A stretch of 64,000 bases of DNA from positions 46,936,001 through 47,000,000 of the forward strand of contig NC_087436.1 in the NCBI RefSeq assembly GCF_036321535.1, written 5' to 3'. The stretch comes from Camelus dromedarius (lineage: Eukaryota). This document shows positions 38,421 to 52,761 of this stretch, piece after piece. Below the pieces are notes generated by a model. That model was given only the letters and a program-made list of their open reading frames with translations, searched no databases and had not been told where the DNA came from. The stretch's first letter is position 1; the number at the start of each line of letters is the position of its first letter. Position numbers and translations under genes: made by a program.

Positions 38421-39349
38421 AGTTTTCTCTATGCTATTTTCAAAGCATGTTCTCCTTGTCATATTTTAAAATCCCAGTGAAAAGTACATAGGTTTCTTCA
38501 GCTGACAATATGCAAAATTTTAAATGTTGCTAACAGTTCCAAACATTTTAATTAAGGACTTCAGTAATTCAGAAAGCTAAGCGCTGAGCTTTAACAGAAT
38601 CTATGAAGAAAAGGTTTTTCTGTAAACTCTGATAATCTCAAGAAGTTAAGACAGTAAGTAACTCAAATCTTGGAAGCCTGCGGTTCAAAAAGTCCTTTCT
38701 CCACACGGGACTTTGTGTACTGGTTAAACAATACACATCACCACCCAAGACAGGGATCTAGAAATATGGTGTTAGGGTGGCCAAAAGTACATAGATTCAC
38801 AAAATGAAAAACCTAGAAAACTACCATTCTTCTAGAATTCATGGAATGCCTCTCAAAACTCTCCTCTTCAAAGGAGAATTTTAAGAAAACGATTTCAAAA
38901 CAATTTATCATCCTAAATACTGTATTATGGAATCAAAAGGGAACGTAAAGGTGTGGAAAGAGGAGCCCTACACTGGCTGTGGTTCCCACCTCTGGTACCT
39001 GCCATGTGGGCAACCCAGTGTGTTAGCGCCAGTCTCTCCATCTAGAAAACGAGGGTGCTCTGCCTCATTGCTTCCTCATGAGAGTCAGTGGAGACGGTGG
39101 ACTTTAAGTGCTCCTTGGGCTCTATGAATGAGCTGTCAACTATCATTTTCATCTACATACTAATAATATTGCTATGTTTATTGACAGAATTCGCACACTT
39201 AAAAGAAAACCTGGTGCGCTAAGCATCCACAAATTCCCTATCTATGTATCTGAGACAGACTTACCCAAGGGTCCAAGCACCTTACGACAAGAGGATAAAC
39301 AGCAGGGACGTCCTCTGCTTTGTGACCTGTGCTTTCTACGGGTGGCACA

Positions 39350-40480
39350 GTGAACTTGCTTTTCTATGCAAGGCAGTATGCTAAGCACTGCCAGAGTTAC
39401 AAAGGTGTGTAAGACAGTCTCTGCTTTCCAAGAATACAGAGCCAGCTGTAGAGCCAAACATATCTTCCACCAAGTACAGCATAAGTGCTAGAACAGATGA
39501 GCGAGCAAATGGTTATCTCAATGGCAAGCAAAAGGTGATTAAATTAACCATCAAAAATGGGCATTTCCACACAATTTCGAAAATGGCTTGGGTTTTAACA
39601 GGTGCTATGGAAGAGGCCACACAAGAAAAGGGGACGATATCTGGAAAGGCACTGAGTAGTGAAAATGCATCAGGCATCCATGAAAGGTTGGAGTTGGGGA
39701 ATGAACTATGAATGAAGGGTTTGTCAGATTGGGGAGGGCTTTAAACACTAGGAAAGTAGTTGGACTTTACTTTGTAGACAATAATGAGTCATTAAAGTTT
39801 CTAAATAAATGAGCTACAAAAACCAAGCTAAAAGTTAAAAAGAAAATGCAAGCTTGAGTGCAAAGGATTTCTTGAATAGAAGAAAGTGTGTTGGCAAGCA
39901 CAAAAAGTAGGGAGTACTGTCCTTTATCCCGTAAGGGAATATTACAATCTGGATTATGCAAGTGCCAGTGGGCATGAGAATGAAGAAAGATATTTTAGAG
40001 ACCTTTGCATATAAACTAAAAATATTTCTTGATAAAAAACTGGATGTGGGAAATAAAGGGAGGCACCAGTACTTCCCGACAGAATGACTGGGAAGTTGAT
40101 AATAATACTAGGAAATTCAAGTAGAGGAACACAGTTGGAAATGAAGGCACATTTTGTACTTTTGGGGTTTGAAGTGCTGGTGACATAGTGTAAGAGATAT
40201 TGAAAGGCAATTGAAAATGAAGATGTTTAGTTAAGATGAAGGTTAGAGCTGCAGCTAGAGAGTTAGAAATCATGAGATCTCCCAAGGAAAGACCACAGAA
40301 TAGCATATAGGGTTATGTGGGGAAAGAAGAGTCAGAAGTGATTCAATCTTTCAGAATGATGGGAATTTTCACTTGAGAAGTGAAGAAGTTTTAAGAAGGA
40401 AGTGGTCCCTCCATCACAGGCTGCAGAAAGAAAGATGGAAGAGGATTTGCCCATTAAAAGCTCATTTTGACTTTAACTGA
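39350..40480 (-). mobile_element. L2 LINE fragment, antisense
   Basis: tttctatgcaaggcagtatgctaagcactg, ttggactttactttgtagacaataatgagtcattaaagttt, aatgactgggaagttg. Confidence 0.7.
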
Positions 40481-41984
40481 AAGTGTGAAATTTTTTTTAA
40501 AAAGTCTGATTTCATATTTACAAATATTTTAGAGTTTTTCATCCCCAGGAGCAGGGCCAATTAACACACTAGTTTTAAAGGTGGTTAAAATAAGAGTAAT
40601 CATCTACATTTCTTAAATCCAAGCACTGTCTCAGATGTTATTTTCCTGGGTTTTCTTCCCCCCAAGTTACTCTTTTTTCCAAAACAAACCCCAGAAATTT
40701 ACATTAGAGACTCGGGTGATTATATTTCACACTTTCAAGTATTTTTTCTATTTAAAAAATATTTTAATCAACTTTATTTTCCAAACACTAACCTAGGAAT
40801 TATAATTCAACAAAATTTCCATTTGAAAAAATACATAATCACTTAGATAATGATAGATAATTCAAATTTTCTTTGGAAGAGAGACAAAAGAGTCTTAGGT
40901 TTCTTGCTGGGAGCTCAGCAATGGCAGGAAGTCCATCCCACGGAGAGGAAAATGAGGAGAATCCTCTGTGGAGAGATACTGATTTTGATAGAAGGATGTT
41001 GCAGGCCAGAAAAACTGCTTGGTACAAAAGATCCTAATGGTGGTCCTTAACAGTTTTCTGGGAAAGCAACAGGATAAGGTCCTGGTGTCATGCATGTCCC
41101 CTTGGATCCATCAGCATCACAGAAACTTACTGGGTTTAGAGGTGGAAGAGCAAAACCTAAGCACCCAGGCTTAGGAGGGAAGGGAAAGTCTTCTCTCTGA
41201 GGAGGGCTGACCCTTTGAGGAGGACCATGCTGAACGATTCTCAGCTGAGTGCTCTAATGGGCAAGCCACTGGAAGGTTCACATACTCAATTTTTGTCCCA
41301 GTGACACTACATTTCCAAAAATTTCAGTCTTTGATGTGTCTATATCCAACTGCTTAGATGTCTTTGCTTTGTTCTCCTACTATAAAGTCTATTTCACTCT
41401 GAAGTACAAGAATTAGTTAAATGGAATTAACTCACCAGTCACCTCTTTTCTAGCTGTTCCTGATCACTTATGATTAAGGCTGACTTCTTCTAAGGATAAT
41501 TTGAGGTCATTAACATCCATCTATGTTTAAACATTTCCAAAATTTTACACTCACTTTAGAAAGTTGCATAGCAAAATGTTTCTGTCTATCTCTATGCAGT
41601 TAATTTTTAACTGAGTGAAAACTTTTGTTCCAAAAAAAGAGAGTTATCCAAAATTCAAGGGCTGCTGCCCATTTCATTTTTCCCAAAGAAATCTGCAGTA
41701 ATGACAGCTGGATTCAGATTTCGGGAGGCCAGTCTTACAGAGCTTCTCTAGAAGAAGCCCAAGGCACAAATCCAAGACAGTCACAGCCTCTTCATGGCTG
41801 ATGGCCAACTCAGAGCCGTTGCTAGTTGCCAATGTCCCAAGAACCACAACAAACCAAGCAGAACACTTCACAGAATTCAATCTGGGTCCAAACCTACCCT
41901 GGTAAATGGGAAAGCCCATCAGTTGAGCAGGTCAGTGGCAAAATTTGCCCGTTTGTGTGCAGGCACATCAAAGATGGAGCCAGC

Positions 41985-43800
41985 TTGGACATATGTATAT
42001 ACCCACAAAACCTTCACTACAATCAAGGAACAGACATCTCCTTGTGGCCCTTTGTCATCCATCCCTCCCTGCATCCCCACCCCCAGACAACCACTGATCT
42101 GCCTTCTCTCACTGCAGATTTGTTTGTACTTTCTGGAATTTTATCTAGAAAGGAATCAGGCAATGCGTATTCCTTTTTGTCTAGCCTAAAGCATAGCGAT
42201 TTTAAGATCATTCATGTCGTTCTGTATGTCAGTACTCTGTTCTTTTGTAGCAGTATTCTATTATCTGGATATACCATTTGTTTAACTATTTACCTATTGA
42301 TGAGTCCATGGGTTATTCCCGGTGTTATAAGTAAAGCTGCTATGAACATTTGTGTACAAGTATTCGTGCAGAAATATGCTTTTCTCTTCTTTTGGTTAAA
42401 TACCTAGAAGTAAAATGACCAGGGCGTATGGCAGGTATATGTTTAACTTTTTAAGAAATTGCCAAATTGTTTGTGTACATTTGGTATTATTTTTTCCTTA
42501 AATGTTTGGTAGAATTCACAAAGCTGCCTGGGCCTGGGGTTTTCTTTGTGGGAAGCTTTTTAACTACTAATTCAATATCTTTAATAGGTATAGATTAACT
42601 TAATTTTGTCCCAAGGCTCACTGATGCTCTGCTTTGATATTTTTTACCTCTTTCTTCTTCTTCTTCTTTTTTTTTTGTAATCTTTTTTCTTTCTGTGTTT
42701 CATTTTGGATAGTTTATATTGCTGTGCCTTCAAATTCACTAATCTTTTCTTCTGTAGCATTTAACATATTAATCCCATCTGGTGTATTTTTTATCTGAAG
42801 CATTGGTTTTTCATCTCTAGAAGTTTGATTTGGGCCCCTTTTATCTTTCCACATCTCACTTTGTCATGCTCATTCTCCCCTCTATCTTCTTGAACACGTG
42901 GAGCATATCTCTAATAGCTTTTTTAACATCCTTATCTATTAATCTTATGATCCATGTCATTTCTGGGTCTGTGTCTACTGATTGACTCTTCTCCTCATTA
43001 TATTATATATTCTGCCCATTTGTTTGCATGCCCACTCATTTTTTATTAGATGCCAGACATTGTGAATTTTGATTGTGGAGTGATGGATCTTTGTTTTTGT
43101 ATTCTTTTAAATATCCTTGAACATTGTTCTGGGGAAGTTAAGCTACTTAGAAATGGGTTGATCCTTTCAAGGCTTGCTTTTAATGTTTGTTAGGCAGGTC
43201 TACAATAACATTTAGTTTACAGCTTGACCCCACAACTGAGGAAATATCTTTCTGAGTACTCTACTGAATATCTTACGTGTTAAGAGGTCCTTCTACTTTG
43301 AATGATGGGAAGATGAACTATTCATTGCTCTGTGTGAGCTCCGGGGATCGTTCTACCTACTTCTCCCCACTGATTCTTTCTCTGGCCTCAGAATCTTCCT
43401 CACATACATGAACTGATTAGTGCTCAACTAAAGATTTGAGGGTACCCTCTGCATTTCTCCAGAGCATATTCTTTCTCTCTCTCTCTCATTCTCTGTCTAG
43501 CTCTCTACTCACTGGTACTCTGCCCTGCAAATTCTAGTGACCTTGGCTTCCTCAAGCTACAAAGTGTTTCTTCTCAACTCAGAAGGATTGCACTACAGGC
43601 TGGAAACATTCACCAGGCAATGCTCCGGGCCATTGACAGGGTTCACTTCATTTGTTTCCCTTCTCTCAGAGATCATTGTCCTGTACCATTTACTTTAAAA
43701 TAACTAAACACAATCGCTTCACTTATTTCTGCCCTCCCCCCCCTTTTTTGAGTTGTTTAAGGCAGAAAGGTAAACCCAATCCACCACAGCACAATGTGAA
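41985..43800 (-). mobile_element. Old LINE-1 antisense composite (3' end plus upstream L1M-type segment)
   Basis: ccccagacaaccactgatctg, taaagctgctatgaacatttgtgtacaagt, tatatgtttaactttttaagaaattgccaaa, ttcaaattcactaatcttttcttctg. Confidence 0.8.
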
Positions 43801-46569
43801 AGTCAGATTCAGGGGATTTAATATCAGGTTCAGAGATTTGAACTATAAATTCCAAGGGTTAATGTCAAACACTTCCTACAAATTTCTCAGTCTGACCCAG
43901 AGCCACAACACACATGTGAACCAAGTGGACTAAGTGTTCCTGATAGGAAACCTATTTTTATTTCCATAAGTTAAGATTCAAAGTGTTTCTGTGTATTGCT
44001 CCACATTTTCATATTGTAACTCAAAGATCTGGAGGTATTTTCCCTCTAGCTCTGTGCACGTGTGTGGGGGGGTGGGGGTGGGAGGGTGTTCCTGTAAAAA
44101 CACATGCATATATATTTTGCACCCAGCTGTGTAACTGGATTTAGGCTTAAAATAAAATTTATGAGCAAACTTTGTTTAATGCACACAAACAGGAAATAGC
44201 TACTTGTGAATTCATTAATTAAAATCCTGTTTATAGAAGTATTGTGAAGGATAATCCTTTGTTCACATGAATGAGATCCGGCTGTCAGTATGAAAAATAT
44301 AGAGTGAGGTCCCGCTAGGGAACCACCTTGGAAATTCACTGTACAGTCAAAAAATTTCACTCATAGCCCTCTGCATTTCCCATAGCCTAAGATTGGATCT
44401 TACTCTAAAAGGAGTAAGCTTTTGACGGAGCTAAAGCCTTGTATGAGAATTAATCACCAATTCACCTGCCTCCCCACCATCCTCTCCTCCAACTCTGTTC
44501 CTAGAGCTGCCCTGGCTGCCTGCCCAGGCCCTTGACTTGTCAAATTAGGGCCCACCTTGTTTCTCATGCCTAGCTAAACCGAAGGCCATCCACCTTTCCT
44601 TGACCTTTGGGATAAACTTTCTAGGCTCCTGTCTGCCTGTCCACCTGGCCATTGCTTGGCCGGATGCCCAGTATATGTTAAAAGCAAAAGACAGGATATA
44701 GGAATCTACTTGTTTCCTCTGAGCTATGGAAAGGCAGCCAGCGGTCAAGAGAGATGGATGTGGTACATATTTATAGAGTTAAATGAACCAGGGATGCAGC
44801 TACTAATTAATGCAATTCAGCAAAACACTTCTTAATCCAGGCACTGTGCAATGGTCTGGAAAACAAGCTGAGTAAGATGTTGGGGGCTCACCTTCCAGTC
44901 TGGGAGACAGGCAAGAAAAGTTGTGATACAGTATGTGAGCTTCTCCGGGCCTGTCTAGTTTTGAACTCTCTACTTTTATTTACATATATTTTCAAACAAC
45001 AGACTGTATCTATTACTGCTAGATGACACTGACACCATGTCCAGACTGATTTCCACAAACAGTTTATATGTCTGTCTCTCAGACTAAATTATCAATTCCT
45101 TAAGGACAGGGGCCATGTCTTTATTTGTCTCTTGTCACTCCTAGTAAACAACATAAATTTTCCTTAAGTTAAACTATATGCAGATCAGATATATAATGGT
45201 CTACTATAAAGTAATAATTATGCAAGCAACATGTAATAAACTAAAGCACACCTCTTGATAGGGATCATTCTAATTATTAAAGAAAATACAGATAGTTACA
45301 ATTCACAATGTTAATAGGTTAATTAACTAAATGGTTAAAAGGTTAATAGAGAAGGTTTTCACTGTTCACCTTACCCACACTTTATCTTTGATATGTGTGT
45401 GTAGTAAGGCTATATCTACACGTAAGCAACTGTGGCACTGCTGGCCCCAAGCATTTGGGTGACTGCCAAGATGGCAGTAGGAATTCATGTTTTCAAACAA
45501 GAAAAGCTCTAGATCCTGACACTGTTGCCATTTTTTTAGTCATTTGGCCTCTACTTTCATCTCCCACACCTATATTCTGTATAAAGTTGTCTGAAAGAAA
45601 GAAGATAACCACAGATAGTTTTGTTAAGAGGAGGTAGTAAGGGTTTAGCTAGTAGCCAAGGAGGGGCAGGAGGTGGAAGGGGCAGCCCAGCTGATTCTAT
45701 TGGTTAGGTCCTCCAAAGTGACAAAAAATCAGACTCAGACTGCTACAACAATAAATAAATAATAAAGGATAAGTGTTTATGCTTCAGGTACAGCTAGATC
45801 AAGCAATGTCATCAGAACCCCATCTGTCTACCTTGTGGTCCTGCTGTCTCCATATTGGCTTCATTCTCAGCATTCATTCAGCTCATTTGAGAACAATTCT
45901 ACCTCTGGTAGAAGCTGATTGTAGTGACATATTTTCTAGAAACTTAATGTTGTATTTATAGTAAATAAAGGATGAATTAAGTTGTTTAGCTCCTCTCTGC
46001 TTTGGTATGCTGTAATGTCAAGCTCACTGACAAAAGTATTAAATACGATCTAACCAAGAGTAGGGTAGCATCCTCTATTTTGGCAGTTCCTAAATTTAAT
46101 GGTACCTTCAAGTCTCATAAATACAGTCTATGTTATACAAAAGGAAAGACACACAGTTCTGTAGGTCTATCGATGGATCTGAACCTTAATAAGTAGTACT
46201 TATTCAGCTTATCTTTCAAAGACCATGACGGGATTTATAATCCAGTTTTTAATTACATTTTATGTCCTCAGTTGCCCATTTGTCATGGTAAAATAATAGC
46301 ATTTCGTTCTGGCCTTTGTCTCTACATTGGTCTGGCTTAGCACATATAATTTTGCAAGGTTGTATTGCGTTTTATTCAAGCACAGTGCTTGATCCAAAGT
46401 AGGTAAGTAGTAAGTATATTTTAAGTGAATGGCCTCCATCTTCAACAGTCTGACTGTCAGTCTAGTATTTTGCTGACTCTACCAGTCCCTGTATGCCAGC
46501 TTGGATCTCACCCACGTAGTGTGGTGCCTGTATCTCGCAAAGATTCTGGATCATATGCACTCTGTGTGT

Positions 46570-46797
46570 GTTTTAACTAAGGTATAACTTGCATATAATA
46601 AGGTGCACCAATCTCAAGTGCTCAAGTATACAATTTGATGAATTGTGTGACCATCAACCAGCTCAATAAATAAAATATTTCCAGAAGTCCTCCTTATATC
46701 CCCTTCCAGTCAGTCTTCACCAAAGATAACTGCTACTTTGACCTCTATCACCATACACTAGCCTGTTTTTGAACTTCATATAAATAAAATCATATAC
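46570..46797 (-). mobile_element. LINE-1 3' fragment, antisense
   Basis: aggtataacttgcatataataaggtgcacc...gcctgtttttgaacttcatataaataaaatcata. Confidence 0.75.
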
Positions 46798-46965
46798 TGT
46801 ATTGGTTATCTTTATTGTATACAAAACCACCCCCAAACTTAGTTGTTTAAAACAACCACCATTTTATTTGCTCACAATTTGTTGTGTCAGCATTTTGGCT
46901 CTGGCTCAGCTGGGCAGGTCTTCTGTTTGTTCCACCTTGGGTCACGCAGGTGGCTGCATTTACAA
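46798..46965. mobile_element. MLT1-type MaLR LTR fragment
   Basis: caaaaccacccccaaacttagttgtttaaaacaaccaccattttatttgctcacaatt...ggctcagctgggcag. Confidence 0.8.
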
Positions 46966-47739
46966 TTTAAGCACATATGGTCTGTGCTTCCTACAGTTGT
47001 GCGACCATAGGGAAACATTCAGAGCTGCCTTGCATGCTATCAGGACAATGTGCCTCCACACACAACTGTTAATTCTCCCATCCTTCAGCACGCACGCATG
47101 TACACACACCCCACACAACAATCTCTTCATGGAAGTTAATCAATGCCTTTGTCTTTTTCAGTCTCTTATTAAACAAGGCATTCTTTTCTTCTGTCAGAGT
47201 TAAATATTTTCCATAATTACCTAGGCTTTTCTTAAGAAAGAAAAAAAAACCCAAATCAGTAATCTACACACTCTGCAACTGTCTCCAGCTTTGCGGTCTG
47301 TTCGAGGCCGTGGAGCTTTGAAGATCACCCACCCCGGGCCAAACAAAAATGGATGTCCTTCTCCTGAGGACTACCCTAAAAGAACACAGGGCCTGACATC
47401 TCCTGAGTTCTTAGAACTTTCACCCCTGGGTGGCATGTGGGAAGTGTCTGTGAAAAAGCAACACTACTTGTTGGAAATTGGGGGTTTATTTAGGAGGCTG
47501 GATCTGGAACGAGTAGAGAACAGGCTCTGGAGGTGTGACTCCTAGGCCTGCTCCCAGCCAGCAGTACGACCTTGAGGAGGTGACCTCGCCTTCTGGAAAA
47601 CAGAAATGATATCTTTATCTCACATTGCTTAATGAGTTAATTCATGGAACCATGGAACATTACCGTAGCACAGTACCTACCCCATCATAAGGCCTCAGGA
47701 AGTATTAGCTATTATTACTTCAGCAAACTCTGTCAGTAT

Positions 47740-50700
47740 CACCATTGCATATTCAGCCTGCCTCCCAATTTCCCTTCTCCTTCCTATTACTGGAATATTG
47801 CCCTAAATGGAAATTATTGCCCTCTGTCCTCACTTTGCCCATCCTCATTCCAGTTTGGCTTAGTCCCCACATCATAAATCCCTGCACCCCAACTAGGCTC
47901 TTCCACTGTGTCCTGCGGAACCTCTGTCTTAATATAAACACACACCCTTTTGTCCTTTCTCTTCAATATTGGCTTGTCCCTGAAGATCTCATTTCCCTTA
48001 CAAGCCTTTCTAATAGTGACCACTCATTCTACAAGCCATCACCTTTGAGATGAGCAGACTCTAACCACAAACCTAGTTCTTCAGTCATCTCCCAACCTCG
48101 GCTTACCTCTGAAATCAAAGCCATCATGTGTATCACCTTTTTCCTTTTTGATGCACCTATACCTCCTAGTTTTTTCATAAATTATACCTGGTTCAAATTT
48201 TGTTCTTACTCCTGTACTTAACAATTATGGTCCATTAACCAGTGTATGAAACCCTGCATCAGGTACTAGGAATATAAAGGTAAATAAGACCTTATTCAGG
48301 CTGTATGGATTAGCAGTCTAATACGGAGGCAGACATGTAATAATGAGAGAACAGTGCCATCACAGAGATCAGTACTGGTGCAGTGAAAGCCCAAACTCTG
48401 TAGGCAACTCAATGTCGATGGTGTCAACCCTTCCAAGCCCTGTATCTTACATGTCCTCAATCCCCTCCAGTCTCCTACTTGCCCTGCCCAGAGACAGACC
48501 CTCACTTTAGATCTGGTTATTCATAATTTAGAATTGCTCACCTGCAAGATCTTAAACTCTTAAATTCCCTTCTTTAATGATCACCTCTAATCTCTGCTTA
48601 ACCTGCTCTCTGCCCTCATTTTCCTTCAATTCCTAAGACATTACCTGTTCTCACAACTCATTGGTCCTTTTTAGACCTTTCTACAACCTCTATCCATACC
48701 ATGAATTCTATCAGCCCATGTTCTCAAGTCTTACTTACTTTAAGAATCCCTAACCTATGGGAAAACTAGACAGCCAAACGTAAATCAATGAACTTAGAGC
48801 ACTCCCTCACCATACACAAAAATAAACTCAAAATGGCTTAAAGACTTAAACATAAGACAAGACACTATAAACCTCCTACAAGAAAACATTGGCAAAACAT
48901 TATCTGACATAAATCTTAGTAATGTTCTCCTAGGGCAGCCTACACAGGCAATAGAAATAAAAGCAAAAATAAACAAGTGGGACCTAATTAAACTTACAAG
49001 CTTTTGCACAGCAAAGGAAACCATAAACAAAACAAGGAGACAACCTATGGAATGGGAGAAAATATTTACAAATGATGCGATTGACAAGGGCTTAATTTCC
49101 AGAATAAACAGCTCATACAACAAAAAAACAAACAACCCAATCCCAAAATGGACAGAAGACCTAAACGTTGCAATTCTCCAATGAAGACATACAAACAGCC
49201 AATAGGTACATGAAAAAATGCTCAATATCACTAATTATCAGAGAAATGCAAATAAAAAAAAACTACAATGCAGTATCACCTCACACTAGTCAAAATGGCC
49301 ATCACTAAAAAGTTCATAAATGATAAATGCTGGAGAGAGTTTGGAGAAAATGGAACCCTCTTGCACTGTTGGTGGGAATGTAGTTTGGTGTAGCCATGGT
49401 GGAAAACAGTATGGAGATTTCTCCAAAAACTAAAAATAGACTTACCATCTGATCCAGCAATCCCACTCCCGGGCATATATCCAGAGGGAACTCATTCAAA
49501 AAAATACATGCACCTTAATGTTCATAGCAGCACTATTTACAATAGCCAAGACATGGAAACAACATAAATGTCCATTGACAGGTAACTGGATAAAGAAATT
49601 GTGGTATATTTATACAATGGAATACTACCCAGTCATAAAAAAGAATAAAATGCTACTTGCAGCAACATGGATGGATCCAGAGATCATCATTCTAAGGGAA
49701 ATAAGCCAGAAAAAGAAAGAAAAATACCATATGGTATCACTTATATGTGGAATCTAAAAAAAAAAAAAAAGACACAAATGAACTTATTTACAAGACAGAA
49801 ACAGACTCACAGACATAGAAAACAAATTTATGGTTACCAAGGGGAAAGGGGGTGGGAAGAGATAAATTGGGAGTTTGAGATTTGCAGACACTAACATATA
49901 TAAGATAGCTAAACAATAAAGTTTATACTGTACAGCACAGGGAACCATATTCAATACCTTGTAGTAACCTATAATGAAAAAGAATATGAAAAGGAATAAA
50001 TGTATGTATATGTATGACTAAAGCATTGTGCTGTACACCAGAAACTGACACAACATTGTAAACTGACTATACTTCAACAACAACAACAAAAAGGACCAAA
50101 AAAAAGAAAAAAAAAAGAATCCCTAACCTAAGTCTTCAAACTCCCTATTTACATTTTCTCCTCCCAAGGTACAAACTGGAGACATTAAAAATAATTTTTA
50201 AATGGAATGGTATCACTGTAATTTATATATACAATCTCACCTGGCACCTTTTCTTACTCTACAGTACTTTTATTCGTTGAAACCCAATCACATTCTCTAC
50301 AAAACCCATCTCACATCATTCCCTTTCTTCAAATTCTCCTGCCACTTTGCCTCAGCTGAGGCCATGGGCTAGCTCTTTCAACTTCCCCCATTCTTCCTCA
50401 AAACATCTTGAAATGCCCGTGCATTCTCTCCTCCTCCTTTCCCAGCACAGAGAAGGGTTTCCTGCTCTCCAGAGTTAACTGCTATACTTGTGACCTTGAT
50501 CTTACCCACTTCATCCTCCTCGAGTGCCCACGTCAATTGTCAGCTCGCTTGATTCTTCCCTTTCCTCCTCTCCACTGGTCTTTCCCCCTCAGCCTATACC
50601 TACAAGAAGCTAAAATCTCTCTTCCTGACCCCAAAGAGCATCCCCTTGTCGTACTACCCCTCCAGCTCCCGTTCATTCTCTTTCCTTCTCTTCACTGCCA

Positions 50701-50825
50701 ACTTCTTAAAAGAAACACGCTCACTGATTCCCACTTCCTGACCACCCACTCATATCCTATGTCTGTGCAATCTGGCTTCCAGCCATGTGGCTCTAATAAC
50801 AGTGCTTTAACACAGATCACCAAGT
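47740..50825 (+). mobile_element. L2 LINE internal relic, interrupted by the young L1 at 48758-50114
   Basis: C/T-rich L2-like sequence on both sides of the L1 (ccctcactttagatctggttatt, cactgccaacttcttaaaaga, tgcaatctggcttccagcc). Confidence 0.6.
48758..50114 (+). mobile_element. 5'-truncated LINE-1 (about 1.36 kb; disrupted ORF2 3' part, 3'UTR, A-rich tail) with perfect 16 bp TSD
   Basis: ORF 49518-49757 is the L1 ORF2 C-terminus (MFIAALFTIAKTWKQ...KKLWYIYTMEYY); AAGAATCCCTAACCTA at 48742-48757 and 50115-50130; TT/AAGA endonuclease-type site. Confidence 0.97.
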
Positions 50826-52761
50826 AAAATACAGGATCCTAGAGGAATCACTTGAAACCAAGGTTAAAATAGAATAGACTTAGGCCTTCTCAGTGAAATT
50901 CTCACAAGAATTAAACACCACCCATTTCTCACGGTTGTGTATTGTTGATTTAAAAGGAAAAAAATGTTCTTAATTGTTTTCTGAAAGAGGAAGAAACTTC
51001 AGGATGTAAATTACAAACCATGTGGGCTTTTTTCCTCTTCCCTAAAATACTCTAATTTTTACAGCATGATGACAATGTATGGTGCTTCATAGAACCATCT
51101 TGATTTATAATAAATAACTTTTCCATTTTGATGAAATGAATCATACTGGGTCATATGGTTGATACAGTGATCTTTATTTGTAAAAGTAGTTCCTAGGAAT
51201 AGCAGTGAATCAATTTAACTGTTTCTTCCATTATCTGAAAACAGGAATAAAAATTTGGGGAAAGCATCTAGAATGAAGATATGTCTATAATCTCTAGTCC
51301 TTGCAATCAAGCACCATGATACACACCCTTCTAACTATGGAGGAATAAAATTCAATATTAACAGTATGTTTTTGTCAGTCTTAGAAGGTTTTTTCATGTT
51401 ACTGGTTCTATCCACGCCTTTACTGTGATTCCCTTTCACTGGTATTCTATTGACAATCTAATGCATTCTTGCCTTGTAAAGAATTGCATTACTTCTGTTT
51501 TGACATATCTGTATTAGTTTAATCAGTTAACTCCATACTTGCCAATTTCACAATATAAATGCCTTATAATTAGTATAATGACATTCAATCATAGTATAAG
51601 AATCAACTGAGCCTTCAGAAAACTGAGGGTGTGGCCTCTGTCTGATCTCCCCAGGTTTAGACAATTAAGGTTATTTCTATTTCTGCCTTTTGTTTTACAC
51701 TTCATGCTATGCAGGGTAATATCTGAGAGTATCTAGTGTTTCTGTCATTTGAAACAAAAAAGTGTTAATTTAAGGTTTAATTATTTTAGAAGAAAAATGG
51801 GAGGAAAGTACGGTTTGGAGAGTGATAAAAATCCTTGGCTCCTAGATTTTCTTTCTTAGAGTGTTCCTTTTATGGGTGTACTCTTAAGTAGAAGGACTTA
51901 AGACTACATTAAAAAGAATATTCACCATCACACAGTTAAGCAGAAAAGAACTGAATGCTGTTTGCAAGTACGTAGAAAATGCCAGAGCCAAACAGCCAAG
52001 ATGCAGGGAAGTTACCCTCTCTATTACAAAAATCACAAAGTAGCAAAATACAGACAGCCAGGGTTGTCTTTCAGTTTTAATGATCTAAGAATTCAGGGTT
52101 GAGAAATTGCTTTTTTCTTATATTTCACCAAGAGTATATTCAACTAAGAACCTTAAATCTGTTAACTGTGGAATAGTAACGCACCTTTCCACAGCCATTT
52201 CCTGACAAGAGAAGTGAGAAACCTAGGGTAAAACTCCACACTACAATTAAGACTGGAATACATCTTGTCCTTTGTCCAACGCTGCTTACTTATACAACGT
52301 TATTCACACACCAAAGGGAATGCTGGTTACCATGAAAAACAAGCCACAGGGACACTATAGAAATTTCCCACAATTATCTGTTCCAAAGTAAATACATTTC
52401 CTTTGATTTTGACGAAACTATAAAACACAGAAGTGTATTGTGAGGCTCTGTTTAGCGGTGTGTTTACCAATACCCTGGAGGCTTCGCTCTTGGAAACACA
52501 ACAATATTACATCAAGCTGTTTCATCTCTCATCACTTGGCATGCATATATATTATACCTAACAATCAGACACCAGCAGAAGAAAACAATAAACTAATGCA
52601 TGAATCAGGATTCTGTTTCATATTCCGTTTGTGAAGGATAATCATGACCTAGCTTAAACAAGACTCCATGCTTTGATTACATGTTCCAAAGCATGAAAGT
52701 GTTGACCAAGCCTGGATCCCTGATACAACACACAAAACACAGAACGTTCACACTATCTTTT

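Noticed and set aside
39265..39280. Possible 16 nt minus-strand microexon with a gtaagt donor
   Set aside because: AAG acceptor, length not a multiple of three, and no supporting context.
41826..42407. 193 aa ORF, the longest in the track
   Set aside because: Most of it is read from an antisense L1 3' end (KAAMNICVQVFV is a typical antisense-L1 translation).
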